DNA of 64,000 nt. Origin: Candidatus Omnitrophota bacterium (lineage in GTDB: Bacteria; Omnitrophota; Gorgyraeia; Aquiviventales; Aquiviventaceae). A model generated the notes under the pieces. It had not been told where the DNA came from, ran no database searches, and saw nothing but the letters and a program-made list of their open reading frames with translations. Positions 15,111-23,576 of the stretch are shown here, piece after piece. The position numbers were made by a program, and so were the translations under genes. Within the stretch, counting starts at the first letter, position 1, and the number at the start of each line of letters is the position of its first letter. Location of the stretch: positions 2,692 to 66,691 of the forward strand of contig JACQWM010000029.1 of the NCBI GenBank assembly GCA_016209275.1, in the 5' to 3' direction.

Positions 15111-16874
15111 TTAGTGGCCGGGTGGCCGGGTGGCCGGGTGGCCGGAAAAACTCTTTGGCCACTTGGCCACCTGGCCACTTGGCCACTCTTCTTGGTAGCG
15201 GTTCGTAATGGGCATGCGCCGATCTTTTCCGAAGGCGCGCGGCGTAATCTTCACCCCGGGCGGCGCTTGGCGCCGCTTGTATTCGGAGCGGTCGACCATC
15301 GCCACCACGCGCCGCACCACAGCGGCGGGGGTGTGGGTGCGGCGAACCGTGGCCTCAAGGCTTCGATCCTCCTCGACGTAGGCTTTCAGAATCCGATCGA
15401 GCGCAGGATAGGGCGGCAGCGTATCCTGATCAGTCTGATGCGGGGCGAGCTCCGCCGTCGGCGGACGGGTAAAGATGCGCCGCGGGATCGGAGCACCTTG
15501 GCGGCGGTTGCGGAACTCCGCCAGCCGGTACACGAGCATCTTCGGCACATCTTTGATCACGGCAAAACCGCCGGCCATGTCGCCGTAAAGCGTGCAGTAG
15601 CCCGTGGCCATCTCGCTTTTATTGCCCGTCGTCAGCACGAGCCAACCGAACTTGTTGGAGAGCGCCATCAGCAGATTCCCGCGGATGCGGGCTTGGATAT
15701 TCTGCTCCGTGACATCAGGGGCGTGCGCGCCAAACACGGGCCGCAACATCTGCAAGTATGCCCGAAACACCGGCTCAATTGACAGATCCATCTGCCGAAT
15801 GCGCAGGGCCTTCGCCAGAGCCCGCGCGTCGGCTTGGGTGCCGCGCGAGGAAAACCGCGAGGGCATCACGACCCCGACGACGCGATCCGCCCCCAGCGCG
15901 TCGACGGCGATGCAAGCGGTGAGGGCGGAGTCAATGCCGCCGGAGAGTCCCAGCGCCAGTGTTGCAAACCGGTTCTTACGCGCATAATCGCGCAGGCCGA
16001 GGGTCAGGGCCTCGTAGACCTCCTCGACCGCTCCGAGCGGATGCGGACGCGGCGCCTGCCGCAGGGGACGCTCGCGCCAGCGGTGCGGCAAGCGCACCGC
16101 GCTGGCACCTCCCCGCAGAGATCCGACCGCTGCGCTCGGCAGCGGCAGGTCCGCCACGAGAAGCTTCTCCCGGAACTGCGCGCCCCGTGCTAGCAGACGG
16201 CCGCGCGCATCGAAGATGAGGCTGCCGCCGTCAAAGACCAATTCGTCCTGGCCGCCGATCAGGTTGCAGTAGGCGACCGCCAGATGATGGCCGGCCGCGC
16301 GCTTCGCAAACAGCCACTCGCGCAGCGCTAATTTGTCGGCGTGATAGGGGCTGGCGGAAATATTGATGACCAGCCGGGCCCCGCGATCCGCCAGCACGGC
16401 GCACGGCTGCGGCTCCCATAGGTCCTCGCAAATCGTCAGGCCGATCCGCACCCCGCCCAATTCCAGCAGGCCCGGGTCGCTGCCTGGCGTAAAGTAGCGT
16501 TTCTCATCAAACACCCCGTAGTTCGGCAGATGCCGCTTGCGATACGTCGCCGCGTGCCGGCCGGAGGCCAGGACGGCCATCGCATTGTACAACCGTCCCT
16601 GGCGATCGCGATCCACGAAACCGACCAAGGCGGCCAGCGACGACGGGACGCGGCGGGCCAGCGCGGCCAAGACCCGCTGATTGGCCGTAATGAACTGGGG
16701 CTTGAGCAGCAGATCCTCCGGCGGGTAGCCGGTCACGGCCAACTCCGGCACCGCCACGATATCGGCTTGCCAGGCCGCCGCCTGGCGGATGGCATCATCG
16801 ATCCGGCGCTGGTTGCCCTCAAGGTCGCCGACGGTCAAGTTGAGTTGGGCTAAGGCTAGCCGCAGCGTGGGCAT
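15111..16874 (-). CDS. nadE: Glutamine-dependent NAD+ synthetase (nitrilase plus NAD-synthase domains) with a roughly 28-aa C-terminal extension encoded by the REP-like element
   Basis: MPTLRLALAQLN...ICEDLW (CN-hydrolase); GLSGGIDS P-loop; ...RMPITNRYQEE then WPSGQVAKWPKSFSGHPATRPPGH* comes from repeat copy B. Confidence 0.9.
   Translation of the reverse strand: MPTLRLALAQLNLTVGDLEGNQRRIDDAIRQAAAWQADIVAVPELAVTGYPPEDLLLKPQFITANQRVLAALARRVPSSLAALVGFVDRDRQGRLYNAMAVLASGRHAATYRKRHLPNYGVFDEKRYFTPGSDPGLLELGGVRIGLTICEDLWEPQPCAVLADRGARLVINISASPYHADKLALREWLFAKRAAGHHLAVAYCNLIGGQDELVFDGGSLIFDARGRLLARGAQFREKLLVADLPLPSAAVGSLRGGASAVRLPHRWRERPLRQAPRPHPLGAVEEVYEALTLGLRDYARKNRFATLALGLSGGIDSALTACIAVDALGADRVVGVVMPSRFSSRGTQADARALAKALRIRQMDLSIEPVFRAYLQMLRPVFGAHAPDVTEQNIQARIRGNLLMALSNKFGWLVLTTGNKSEMATGYCTLYGDMAGGFAVIKDVPKMLVYRLAEFRNRRQGAPIPRRIFTRPPTAELAPHQTDQDTLPPYPALDRILKAYVEEDRSLEATVRRTHTPAAVVRRVVAMVDRSEYKRRQAPPGVKITPRAFGKDRRMPITNRYQEEWPSGQVAKWPKSFSGHPATRPPGH
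15114..15192. repeat. REP-like GC-rich hairpin element, copy B ((GTGGCCGG)3 arm)
   Basis: gtggccgggtggccgggtggccggaaaaactctttggccacttggccacctggccacttggccact. Confidence 0.75.
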
Positions 16875-16892
16875 GTTAGGGGACAAACAATC

Positions 16893-16901
16893 ATTATAGC
16901 A
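16893..16901 (-). promoter_or_regulatory. Extended -10 promoter element (sense TGCTATAAT) about 20 bp upstream of the nadE ATG
   Basis: Plus strand attatagca. Predicts a 5' UTR of only about 12 nt with no SD. Confidence 0.5.
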
Positions 16902-16911
16902 AATCAAGGCC

Positions 16912-16947
16912 ATATCAGATATGAAATGGCCATTTCATATCTGATAT
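16912..16947. repeat. Perfect palindrome ATATCAGATATGAAATGGCCATTTCATATCTGATAT (GATATC family, GGCC centre)
   Basis: Read directly; sits in the -35 region of the nadE promoter. Confidence 0.9.
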
Positions 16948-16964
16948 CGCTCGTGATGGGGCCA

Positions 16965-17000
16965 TATCAGATATCAAATGGCCATTTGATATCTGATATC
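16965..17000. repeat. Perfect palindrome ATATCAGATATCAAATGGCCATTTGATATCTGATAT (second tandem copy)
   Basis: Read directly; 17 bp from the previous copy. Confidence 0.9.
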
Positions 17001-17061
17001 GTAGTTAGGTGGGGAGGGGGAATTCCGCGGATTGGCCGTTATGGAAGGGAGACAGGCCTGA

Positions 17062-17850
17062 TCACTTGCCTGCGCCGATGAGAAGGAAATCCGTGCCCAT
17101 CGCGACGAAGAATCCGATCAGCAGCCCAATGCCCACCACGGCTTCCTCTTTCAGCTGGCGCCCAAGGTGCAGCAGCTCGCCGATGATATAGAGGATCGTT
17201 CCAGACGCGAGGGCAAGGCAGAAGGCTTCAAGAGACTCATTAACCCACCAGCCCCCGATGATCGTCCCGAGGAATGTCGGCCCGCCGGCGATGAGCGCAG
17301 TCAGCGACAGAAACCCCCAGCTGACCTGATGGCCGGAGAGCGGGGCGGCAATGCCGAAGCCTTCGGTGGCGTTATGCAGCGCAAAGCCGATCGCCAGCAG
17401 CCAAGCCAACTGCATGGCTCCGCCGGCATAGCCTTGGCCGATCGCCAGCCCTTCAGAGAAGTTATGCAGCCCTAAACCGATCGCGATCATCATCGCGATT
17501 TGTTTCGCGCGTGTCTTGGAAGCCGCGCCGTTTTTCGCCGCACCCAAAAACCGCCATTCGAAGTAGACCAGCCCCAGCAATCCCAGCGAAAAGCCGACCA
17601 CGAAGAGTCCGCCGTATTGGACAGCACCCGTCAACGCCGTCCCGTGCTCCACCGCCGCCTCGATCAATTCTTCGATCTCTTCGAGGAGATGCCCGGTGAT
17701 CTCCACGAGCAAGAAGATGAGCACGCCGGTGGCGATGGCGTTGAGGAACCCTTTGGTCTTCGCTGAGACGTGTCGCAGACGGGCAATCGGCAGCCCCAGC
17801 ACAATCGTTCCCCCAGCCAACAGACCCAGCAACAGCTGTGTGACGTCCAT
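17062..17850 (-). CDS. zupT: ZIP-family zinc/metal transporter
   Basis: GLHNFSEGLAIG and ALHNATEG motifs; 8 TM segments; 262 aa. Confidence 0.85.
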   Translation of the reverse strand: MDVTQLLLGLLAGGTIVLGLPIARLRHVSAKTKGFLNAIATGVLIFLLVEITGHLLEEIEELIEAAVEHGTALTGAVQYGGLFVVGFSLGLLGLVYFEWRFLGAAKNGAASKTRAKQIAMMIAIGLGLHNFSEGLAIGQGYAGGAMQLAWLLAIGFALHNATEGFGIAAPLSGHQVSWGFLSLTALIAGGPTFLGTIIGGWWVNESLEAFCLALASGTILYIIGELLHLGRQLKEEAVVGIGLLIGFFVAMGTDFLLIGAGK

Positions 17851-18413
17851 TACGATCCTCCCGAAATTAGCTGAAAGGTGATCGGAATCTCCACCCAGAC
17901 GGCCACTGAGCTCATGCCCCGCTTCGCTGGCTTAAACTGCCACTGCCGCACCGCCTTCAGGGCGGCGGCATCGAGGAGGGACGAGCCTGAAGAGGAGAGC
18001 ACGTCCAGCTGACCGCAACGGCCCGTGGACAGCACCTCCGTCCTCAAGATGACGGTGCCTTCGTCGCCTCGTTGACGCGCCAGCCAGGGATAGACCGGTG
18101 CCGGGTTGCGCAGATAGCCTGGCAAGATCTCGCTGAGCGCTCCGTGCGATTCCGGTGTCACAAGACTCTGCGGCGCTGGCTCAGGCGGCGGCATGGCATC
18201 CAGCGGCAACTCCGATGGCGGTTCCGTCGCTTGGGGGACGACCACCACCTGAGGAGTGCTCGGTGCCGGCCGTGGCGCCAGTAGGCGAATCTCAAGACTC
18301 GTCGGCGCTCGCTCCACATCGAAGGCCACCGGGCTGGTGGTCGGCCATCCGAACAACGCGCCCGCATGGAGCCCCACCGAGAGGCCCAACGCCGTCCTCA
18401 GCACGCCGTTCAT
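17850..18413 (-). CDS. tonB: TonB energy-transducer protein
   Basis: N-terminal anchor, Pro-rich spacer (PRPAPSTPQVVVVP...PPPEPAPQ), and C-terminal TonB domain (...YPWLARQRGDEGTVILRTEV...LLDAAALKAVRQWQFKPA). Confidence 0.8.
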   Translation of the reverse strand: MNGVLRTALGLSVGLHAGALFGWPTTSPVAFDVERAPTSLEIRLLAPRPAPSTPQVVVVPQATEPPSELPLDAMPPPEPAPQSLVTPESHGALSEILPGYLRNPAPVYPWLARQRGDEGTVILRTEVLSTGRCGQLDVLSSSGSSLLDAAALKAVRQWQFKPAKRGMSSVAVWVEIPITFQLISGGS

Positions 18414-18820
18414 GATTCATCCTGCGCGATTTGGAACGACACCCGCTGCAAGCCGGCGGTGCGTACGGCATCCAAGACGGCCATCACCGTGCCGTGCGCC
18501 ACCTGGCGGTCCGCATTGATGGTCACGAGAGGATCAGCCATCTGCTGCGGCCGCTGCCGCAGCGCATCAGGAAGACTCGGCACCGTAACCGGCTCCTGAT
18601 TCAGAAACACCGCGCCCTCGGCGGTCACGGTGATGGTCAGCGGCTCATCGTTGGGCGCGCTCACCGCCGTCTCCGCCGTGGGCAGAGCCACCAGCAACCC
18701 TTGCTGCATCGTCATCGAGAAGACCCCGAAGATGAAAAAGACCAGCAGCAGGAAAAACATGTCGATCAGCGGGATCATCTCGACCCGCGGACGTTTAGAC
18801 ACGAATGGCTTCACCAGCAT
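18410..18820 (-). CDS. exbD: ExbD/TolR biopolymer transport protein
   Basis: EMIPLIDMFFLLLVFFIFG; 136 aa. Confidence 0.85.
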   Translation of the reverse strand: MLVKPFVSKRPRVEMIPLIDMFFLLLVFFIFGVFSMTMQQGLLVALPTAETAVSAPNDEPLTITVTAEGAVFLNQEPVTVPSLPDALRQRPQQMADPLVTINADRQVAHGTVMAVLDAVRTAGLQRVSFQIAQDES

Positions 18821-19421
18821 GTTTCGATCTGCCCTTCTGGTAGAGGATCTGGAAATTCGTCACGTGCGTGGAAATCTGGCTGGCCGCATCTTCCACCTTG
18901 GCGCAAAAATAGTTGTATGCAACAACCGTGGGAATCGCGATGGCGAGCCCTACCACGGTCGTGATGACCGCCTGCGCGATGCCTGAGGCGACGATTTTTG
19001 GATCCGGGATCCGGCCCTCCAGCGCTCCAAAGGCCACAAGGATGCCGGTGACTGTCCCAAAAATCCCTAACAGCGGGGCCACGGTGATGATCGTATCCAG
19101 GACACCTAGATAGCGTTTCATCCGCTTCAGCTCCGCCTGCACCGCCACCTCCAAAGCTCCCTCCAAGGAGAAGTGATGATGGCTCAGTCCGTTGACGAGG
19201 ATTCGCGCGACCGCATCCTGAGACCCTTGGGCTGCTGCGCTCGCCTCATCAAAAAGTCCCCCTTCGGCGAAATGCAGCAGCTTGTGAATGAGCGCCGTAT
19301 CTTGCGCTTGGCGCTCCATGACCCAGAAGACCATGCGCTCGATGACCACGCCAAGCGCAATGATGGAACACAAGAGGAGGGGCCACATGACCGGCCCGCC
19401 CTTCACGAACCAATGCCACAT
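18795..19421 (-). CDS. exbB: MotA/TolQ/ExbB proton channel
   Basis: MWPLLLCSIIALGVVIERMVFW...3 TM; 208 aa. Confidence 0.85.
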   Translation of the reverse strand: MWHWFVKGGPVMWPLLLCSIIALGVVIERMVFWVMERQAQDTALIHKLLHFAEGGLFDEASAAAQGSQDAVARILVNGLSHHHFSLEGALEVAVQAELKRMKRYLGVLDTIITVAPLLGIFGTVTGILVAFGALEGRIPDPKIVASGIAQAVITTVVGLAIAIPTVVAYNYFCAKVEDAASQISTHVTNFQILYQKGRSKHAGEAIRV

Positions 19422-19433
19422 CGCCTTCTCCTG

Positions 19434-21503
19434 TTAGAACGCAAAGCCGACCCGCACGCCGCCGTAGATGTTCCGCTCGTAGGCCGGATCAATCCCCCCG
19501 CTGGTCACGCGAGCGTAGTACCGCTCATCAAAAAGGTTGTTGATCCCGCCAACAAGGCTCACATATTCTTTGTAGAGCCGGATCTCGCCGGTGAGATCCC
19601 ACACCTTGTACGAGGGAATGGTTTGGTTGGCGGTGTTGCCGTCATCGCCGAAGTGATCGTCCACAAACGCGCTGCCCAGGCGCGCCTTCACGCGATCCTT
19701 GAAGGCGTACTCCACGCCGAAGCGCATCGTGTACTGGGGCGCATACTGCGGCGTCTTCCCCTGTTGCGGCCCCTTGGTGAACTTGGCATCCAGCAGCATG
19801 AGGTTGAAGAAGGGGCGCAGCGTGCCATACCAGCCGATGAGATCGGCGTCGACGGCCAACTCCACGCCTTGATGGAGGGCATTCCCGACATTCGCCACCG
19901 TGTTGCCGGAGGTGCCAATCTGATCATTGAATCGCAACAGAAAATAGCTCATATCCCAGGTGAGGGCTTGCGCATACCGGCCCCGCATCCCGACATCGAA
20001 AGTCCAACTCTTCCCCTCCGCCAGGTCGCCGCTCACCACTTGGGTCGCTCCGGTCGGGACCGCCTGAGTAAAGAGCTTCGGCCGATACCCTTGGGAGAAA
20101 TTGCTATACAGCCGCGTTTCAGGTGTGAGATCGTAGCCCGCCCCAACGCCAAACAGCGGCACGAAATCAAACTCATCCGCATCGCCCAGCGCCACATGTG
20201 TCTTGCTCGTATTCGCCTGCTCTTTCACATGCTGCCAGATATGCTCCAGCCGCACCCCCGGGGTGACCGACAGCGATCCTAGACGGAAGAGGTGCTCGGC
20301 AAAGAGCGACAGGTACTGCATCTGCCGATCGCTTTTGTTGGTCAACGCGCCGGTTTCTGCCGCCGGGGTCGCGCCAGTTTGATCTTCGCGTGGCGAGTCA
20401 GAAAAATACGACAGCAGCCCCACGGTGAAGGCGTGTCCCAGCTGCCCAAAGGCGTCGTAGCTGTGCCGGAATCGCGGCTCCATGCCAAACGTGTAGAAAT
20501 CTTGCTCTTGGATGGCGTTGGTGGTCCCTGTCGGCGCCGTGCCAAACCCGCCGCCGTTCTGGCGTTTGCTCCAGCGTCGATAATGCCCGCCGAAGATCCG
20601 AAGATCCAGCTCGGTGCGCTCTCCCATCGATCGCTCATAGCGCAAGGTGCCATAGGCGCGTTCAAGACGAAATCGGTCATTGAATCGCGTGGTCCGGTCG
20701 CGCCCTTCGCTATCCGCCACGGTTTTCGTCAGCCCCCCCGGCTCGCCATGCTCTTCGCGATACTCGTCAAAAGAGAGGGCGAGCCTGGAGTCCGTCGTCT
20801 GTCCGTAGGTCGCCGTCACACCGCCGCCCAAGACCTCCACGTCGCTGTTCGTTTCGCGAAAGCCGTTCGTTTCTCGTTCATGGACATAGCCGCGGAAGCC
20901 TAGCGGCTTGACCATGCCGGTCAGCGTGGTGTAGTGCGAAAACAACTCATCGGTCCCAAAGCTGTTTTCGCTGTAGATAGCCAACGGGGTATCGGCCGCC
21001 GGCGGCTTGGTGATAAAATTCAGCGCTCCGCCTGGTTGCGGCCCGTACAGCAATGAGGCCCCCCCCTGGATGAACTCGATCCGGTCGATACTCTGAAAAG
21101 GCGGGGTGTAATACACTTCAGGGTAGCCGAAGATTTCCGCCTGAATCGGCATCCCGTCTTTGAGTACTTGCATAAACTGCACCCGATCCGGGGCCAGGCC
21201 GCGATAGCCGATGCTCAGCAGCGGGGTGGTTTCTTCACTCAGCAGCAATCCAGGCGTTTTCTCCAAGGCCTGCCGGTAGTTGTTGTTGATGATCGTCGGC
21301 TGAGCCTTCAAGTCGATCACCGCGGTTTTCTTTCCAGCGTAGAGGGAAGTGCCGGCGACGTCGGGCAAGAAGGGTTGGCTGCTCTGAAGTTCCTCGGCTT
21401 GGACTCTCACCTCTTCCAGGCGAGGCGTCTTTTCCGCAGCGGATTCCGACGCCCACCACCAGGGCAATACCAGCGCCAACCAAACAACTCTTCGACATTC
21501 CAT
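19434..21503 (-). CDS. TonB-dependent outer-membrane receptor
   Basis: 689 aa. Signal peptide, plug, barrel with C-terminal ...GGVRVGFAF. TonB box-like region near the N-terminus. Confidence 0.85.
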   Translation of the reverse strand: MECRRVVWLALVLPWWWASESAAEKTPRLEEVRVQAEELQSSQPFLPDVAGTSLYAGKKTAVIDLKAQPTIINNNYRQALEKTPGLLLSEETTPLLSIGYRGLAPDRVQFMQVLKDGMPIQAEIFGYPEVYYTPPFQSIDRIEFIQGGASLLYGPQPGGALNFITKPPAADTPLAIYSENSFGTDELFSHYTTLTGMVKPLGFRGYVHERETNGFRETNSDVEVLGGGVTATYGQTTDSRLALSFDEYREEHGEPGGLTKTVADSEGRDRTTRFNDRFRLERAYGTLRYERSMGERTELDLRIFGGHYRRWSKRQNGGGFGTAPTGTTNAIQEQDFYTFGMEPRFRHSYDAFGQLGHAFTVGLLSYFSDSPREDQTGATPAAETGALTNKSDRQMQYLSLFAEHLFRLGSLSVTPGVRLEHIWQHVKEQANTSKTHVALGDADEFDFVPLFGVGAGYDLTPETRLYSNFSQGYRPKLFTQAVPTGATQVVSGDLAEGKSWTFDVGMRGRYAQALTWDMSYFLLRFNDQIGTSGNTVANVGNALHQGVELAVDADLIGWYGTLRPFFNLMLLDAKFTKGPQQGKTPQYAPQYTMRFGVEYAFKDRVKARLGSAFVDDHFGDDGNTANQTIPSYKVWDLTGEIRLYKEYVSLVGGINNLFDERYYARVTSGGIDPAYERNIYGGVRVGFAF

Positions 21504-21520
21504 GGGATTCCTCTCGGCGC

Positions 21521-21766
21521 TCAGCGGCCGAATGCTGGTCCATGGCTTCCGGTCGTCCGGTCAGCCTGCGACGATGTCTCATGAGAGCCTCCTGCGGGCA
21601 GGTCGGCGTGCGGCGAGACGAGTCGAATCTTCTCTGCCTTTTCAATTTGCACCACATGAGAATCGTGAATGGTAATTTGGACACAGCCATACTGAATGCT
21701 GCTGATGGCCCGCGCAATCTGTGCTAAGACATCGGGCGAGAGCGCGCGAGGCGAGGCGGTCATTAC
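21521..21766 (-). CDS. DUF2292/YezD-like small protein
   Basis: ...ISSIQYGCVQITIHDSHVVQIEKAEKIRL resembles YezD. TAATG overlap with fur. Confidence 0.5.
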   Translation of the reverse strand, partial: VMTASPRALSPDVLAQIARAISSIQYGCVQITIHDSHVVQIEKAEKIRLVSPHADLPAGGSHETSSQADRTTGSHGPAFGR

Positions 21767-22251
21767 GCCACCACCTCTTCCACATGCAAGTGCGGCGGAT
21801 GGAGTCTTGCCAACGAGGCCGGAGCGATCCGCTGGCAGCGTTGGCACAGCCCGTAGAGCTTATGCGTATGGGACAAGAGCTGATACTTGAACCGCTTGAC
21901 CACCGCGTCTTGCAGATCTTCGATCCGCGGCTCCTGGAATTCGATGATTTCCCCGCACCGCACGCACATCAGATGATCATGGTGCGCTTTGCCGAAGGTG
22001 ACTTCGTAGTTTGGCGGGCCGTAGCGGAAATCGTGCTTCTCCACCGCCCCCGCCTGATGCAGCAGGGCCAGGGTGCGATAGACCGTCCCTCGCGCCACGG
22101 ATGCATCGATGCGGCGCACATCGTTGACCAGGCCTTCAGCCGTAAAATGAAGAAATTTGACCGCCCGGCGAGTGATCAGTCGGCGCTCCGCGGTCAACCG
22201 TATCCCATGGCCCTTCAGCAGCTGTTCAACCTTCTCGAGTCGTTGGCTCAT
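21763..22251 (-). CDS. Fur-family metalloregulator (Fur/Zur/PerR; subtype undetermined)
   Basis: ...GIRLTAERRLI...HDHLMCVRCGEIIEF...C..C pattern; 162 aa. Confidence 0.85.
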   Translation of the reverse strand: MSQRLEKVEQLLKGHGIRLTAERRLITRRAVKFLHFTAEGLVNDVRRIDASVARGTVYRTLALLHQAGAVEKHDFRYGPPNYEVTFGKAHHDHLMCVRCGEIIEFQEPRIEDLQDAVVKRFKYQLLSHTHKLYGLCQRCQRIAPASLARLHPPHLHVEEVVA

Positions 22252-22253
22252 AT

Positions 22254-22270
22254 TTGAGACTTAGTCTCAA
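22254..22270. promoter_or_regulatory. 17-bp perfect palindrome TTGAGACTAAGTCTCAA abutting the fur start codon; candidate auto-operator
   Basis: Lies between the predicted -10 (sense TATTCT, plus 22273-22278; -35 TTGACA, plus 22304-22309; 17-nt spacer) and the ATG. Confidence 0.5.
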
Positions 22271-22302
22271 CTAGAATACTCAAACATGACACTTGTGTCA
22301 AC

Positions 22303-22341
22303 TTTTATTTTAAAAAAATCGCCTGGGGTATTCCCCAGGCG
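22303..22341 (-). terminator. Intrinsic terminator downstream of nfu (hairpin GCCTGGGG-tatt-CCCCAGGC followed on the minus strand by GAUUUUUUUAAAAUAAAA)
   Basis: 8-bp GC stem plus U-tract, read from the sequence. The U-tract overlaps the fur -35. Confidence 0.7.
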
Positions 22342-22351
22342 CTGCGTGCCT

Positions 22352-22383
22352 CAATCACCCAATCACTGAATCACTCAATCACT
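22352..22383. repeat. Four tandem octamers (sense GTGATTGA GTGATTCA GTGATTGG GTGATTGA) overlapping the nfu stop
   Basis: Read directly from the sequence. Confidence 0.6.
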
Positions 22384-22603
22384 GATCAATCGCTTCCACC
22401 CCCGTAATTTCCGGCACCTCAGCGCGGATCGCGCGCTCGATGCCCATCTTCAAGGTCATCGTCGACGACGGGCAGCCGACGCAGGCCCCGATGAGGCGGA
22501 CCTTGACCACGCCGTCCACCACGTCGACGAGCTGGATGTCGCCGCCATCCATCTGGACGGCCGGACGAATGCGATTGATCACCTGTTCTACACGGTCTTT
22601 CAT
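22379..22603 (-). CDS. NifU-C/Nfu-type Fe-S cluster scaffold protein (74 aa)
   Basis: [28 protein letters not shown]...GACVGCPSS CxxC motif. ATGA overlap with the sucD stop. The track ORF is extended upstream without support. Confidence 0.75.
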   Translation of the reverse strand: MKDRVEQVINRIRPAVQMDGGDIQLVDVVDGVVKVRLIGACVGCPSSTMTLKMGIERAIRAEVPEITGVEAIDQ

Positions 22604-23511
22604 CCTGGTCTCCTTGATGAACTTCCCGTCGCTGGTTTTAAGCTTAGCACATCTTTGACCGCTTGGCCAATGGCGGCGGGGCTTTCCACGATGGTCACAC
22701 CGGCGGCGCGCAGCGTGGCCATCTTCTCCACCGCGGTGCCATGAGCTCCAGCGATGATCGCCCCGGCATGGCCCATCCGCTTTTCTTTCGGTGCCATCCG
22801 CCCCGCGACAAATGCAAAGACCGGTTTCGTCACGTGGGCTTTGATATAGGCGGCGGCCTCCTCTTCTTCCGTGCCACCGATTTCGCCGATCATGACGATA
22901 GCCTCGGTCTGCGGATCCTGTTGCAGCAGCGGCAGCAGATGAACGAAGCTCGTACCTAGCACCGGATCGCCGCCGATCCCAATGCAGGTGGATTGGCCCA
23001 AACCGGCTTGTGTGAGTTGATAGACCGCATCGTACGTCAGCGTCCCGCTGCGCGAGAGGACGGCGACTGATCCCGGCCGGTGGATATAGCCTGGCATGAT
23101 GCCGACCTTGCACGCCCCCGGCGTGATCAACCCTGGGCAATTCGGGCCGATGATGCGAATGGATGTTCCCGCTATTCGGCGACGGATCTTGAGCATGTCG
23201 ATGGTCGGAATGCCCTCGGTAATAATGACGATGAGTCGAAGCCCGGCTTCGATCGCCTCGACCATGGCGTCATAGGCAAATTTCGCCGGCACAAAAATGA
23301 CCGAGGTGTTCGCACCGGTAGCTTGCACGGCTTCCTTGACCGTGTTGAACACTGGGACATTGTGGATTTTCTCGCCGCCCTTCTTTGGCGTGACCCCGGC
23401 CACGACGGAGCCTGGCGCGTATTCCACCATTTTCTCGGTGTGAAAGGCGCCCGCCTGGCCGGTGATGCCCTGCACGACCACCCGTGTATCCTTACCAACT
23501 AAAATGCTCAT
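22600..23511 (-). CDS. sucD: Succinyl-CoA synthetase alpha subunit
   Basis: [24 protein letters not shown]...SRSGTLTYE-like (SRSGTLTYD)...catalytic His region GHAGAII. Confidence 0.9.
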   Translation of the reverse strand: MSILVGKDTRVVVQGITGQAGAFHTEKMVEYAPGSVVAGVTPKKGGEKIHNVPVFNTVKEAVQATGANTSVIFVPAKFAYDAMVEAIEAGLRLIVIITEGIPTIDMLKIRRRIAGTSIRIIGPNCPGLITPGACKVGIMPGYIHRPGSVAVLSRSGTLTYDAVYQLTQAGLGQSTCIGIGGDPVLGTSFVHLLPLLQQDPQTEAIVMIGEIGGTEEEEAAAYIKAHVTKPVFAFVAGRMAPKEKRMGHAGAIIAGAHGTAVEKMATLRAAGVTIVESPAAIGQAVKDVLSLKPATGSSSRRPG

Positions 23512-23576
23512 ATCAATTTCGTTCCAGGTTCCAGGTTCCAGGTTTGCCGCCAACGTGAAACTTGAAACCTGAAACG

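Noticed and set aside
14338-15192. GGCCAC/GTGGCC repeats considered as a CRISPR array or as genuine WPSGQVAKWP protein motifs
   Set aside because: Only two or three copies, with no unique spacers and no cas genes. Each copy is a self-complementary hairpin, which fits a REP-like element. The apparent peptide repeats arise because the element happens to be stop-free in those frames.
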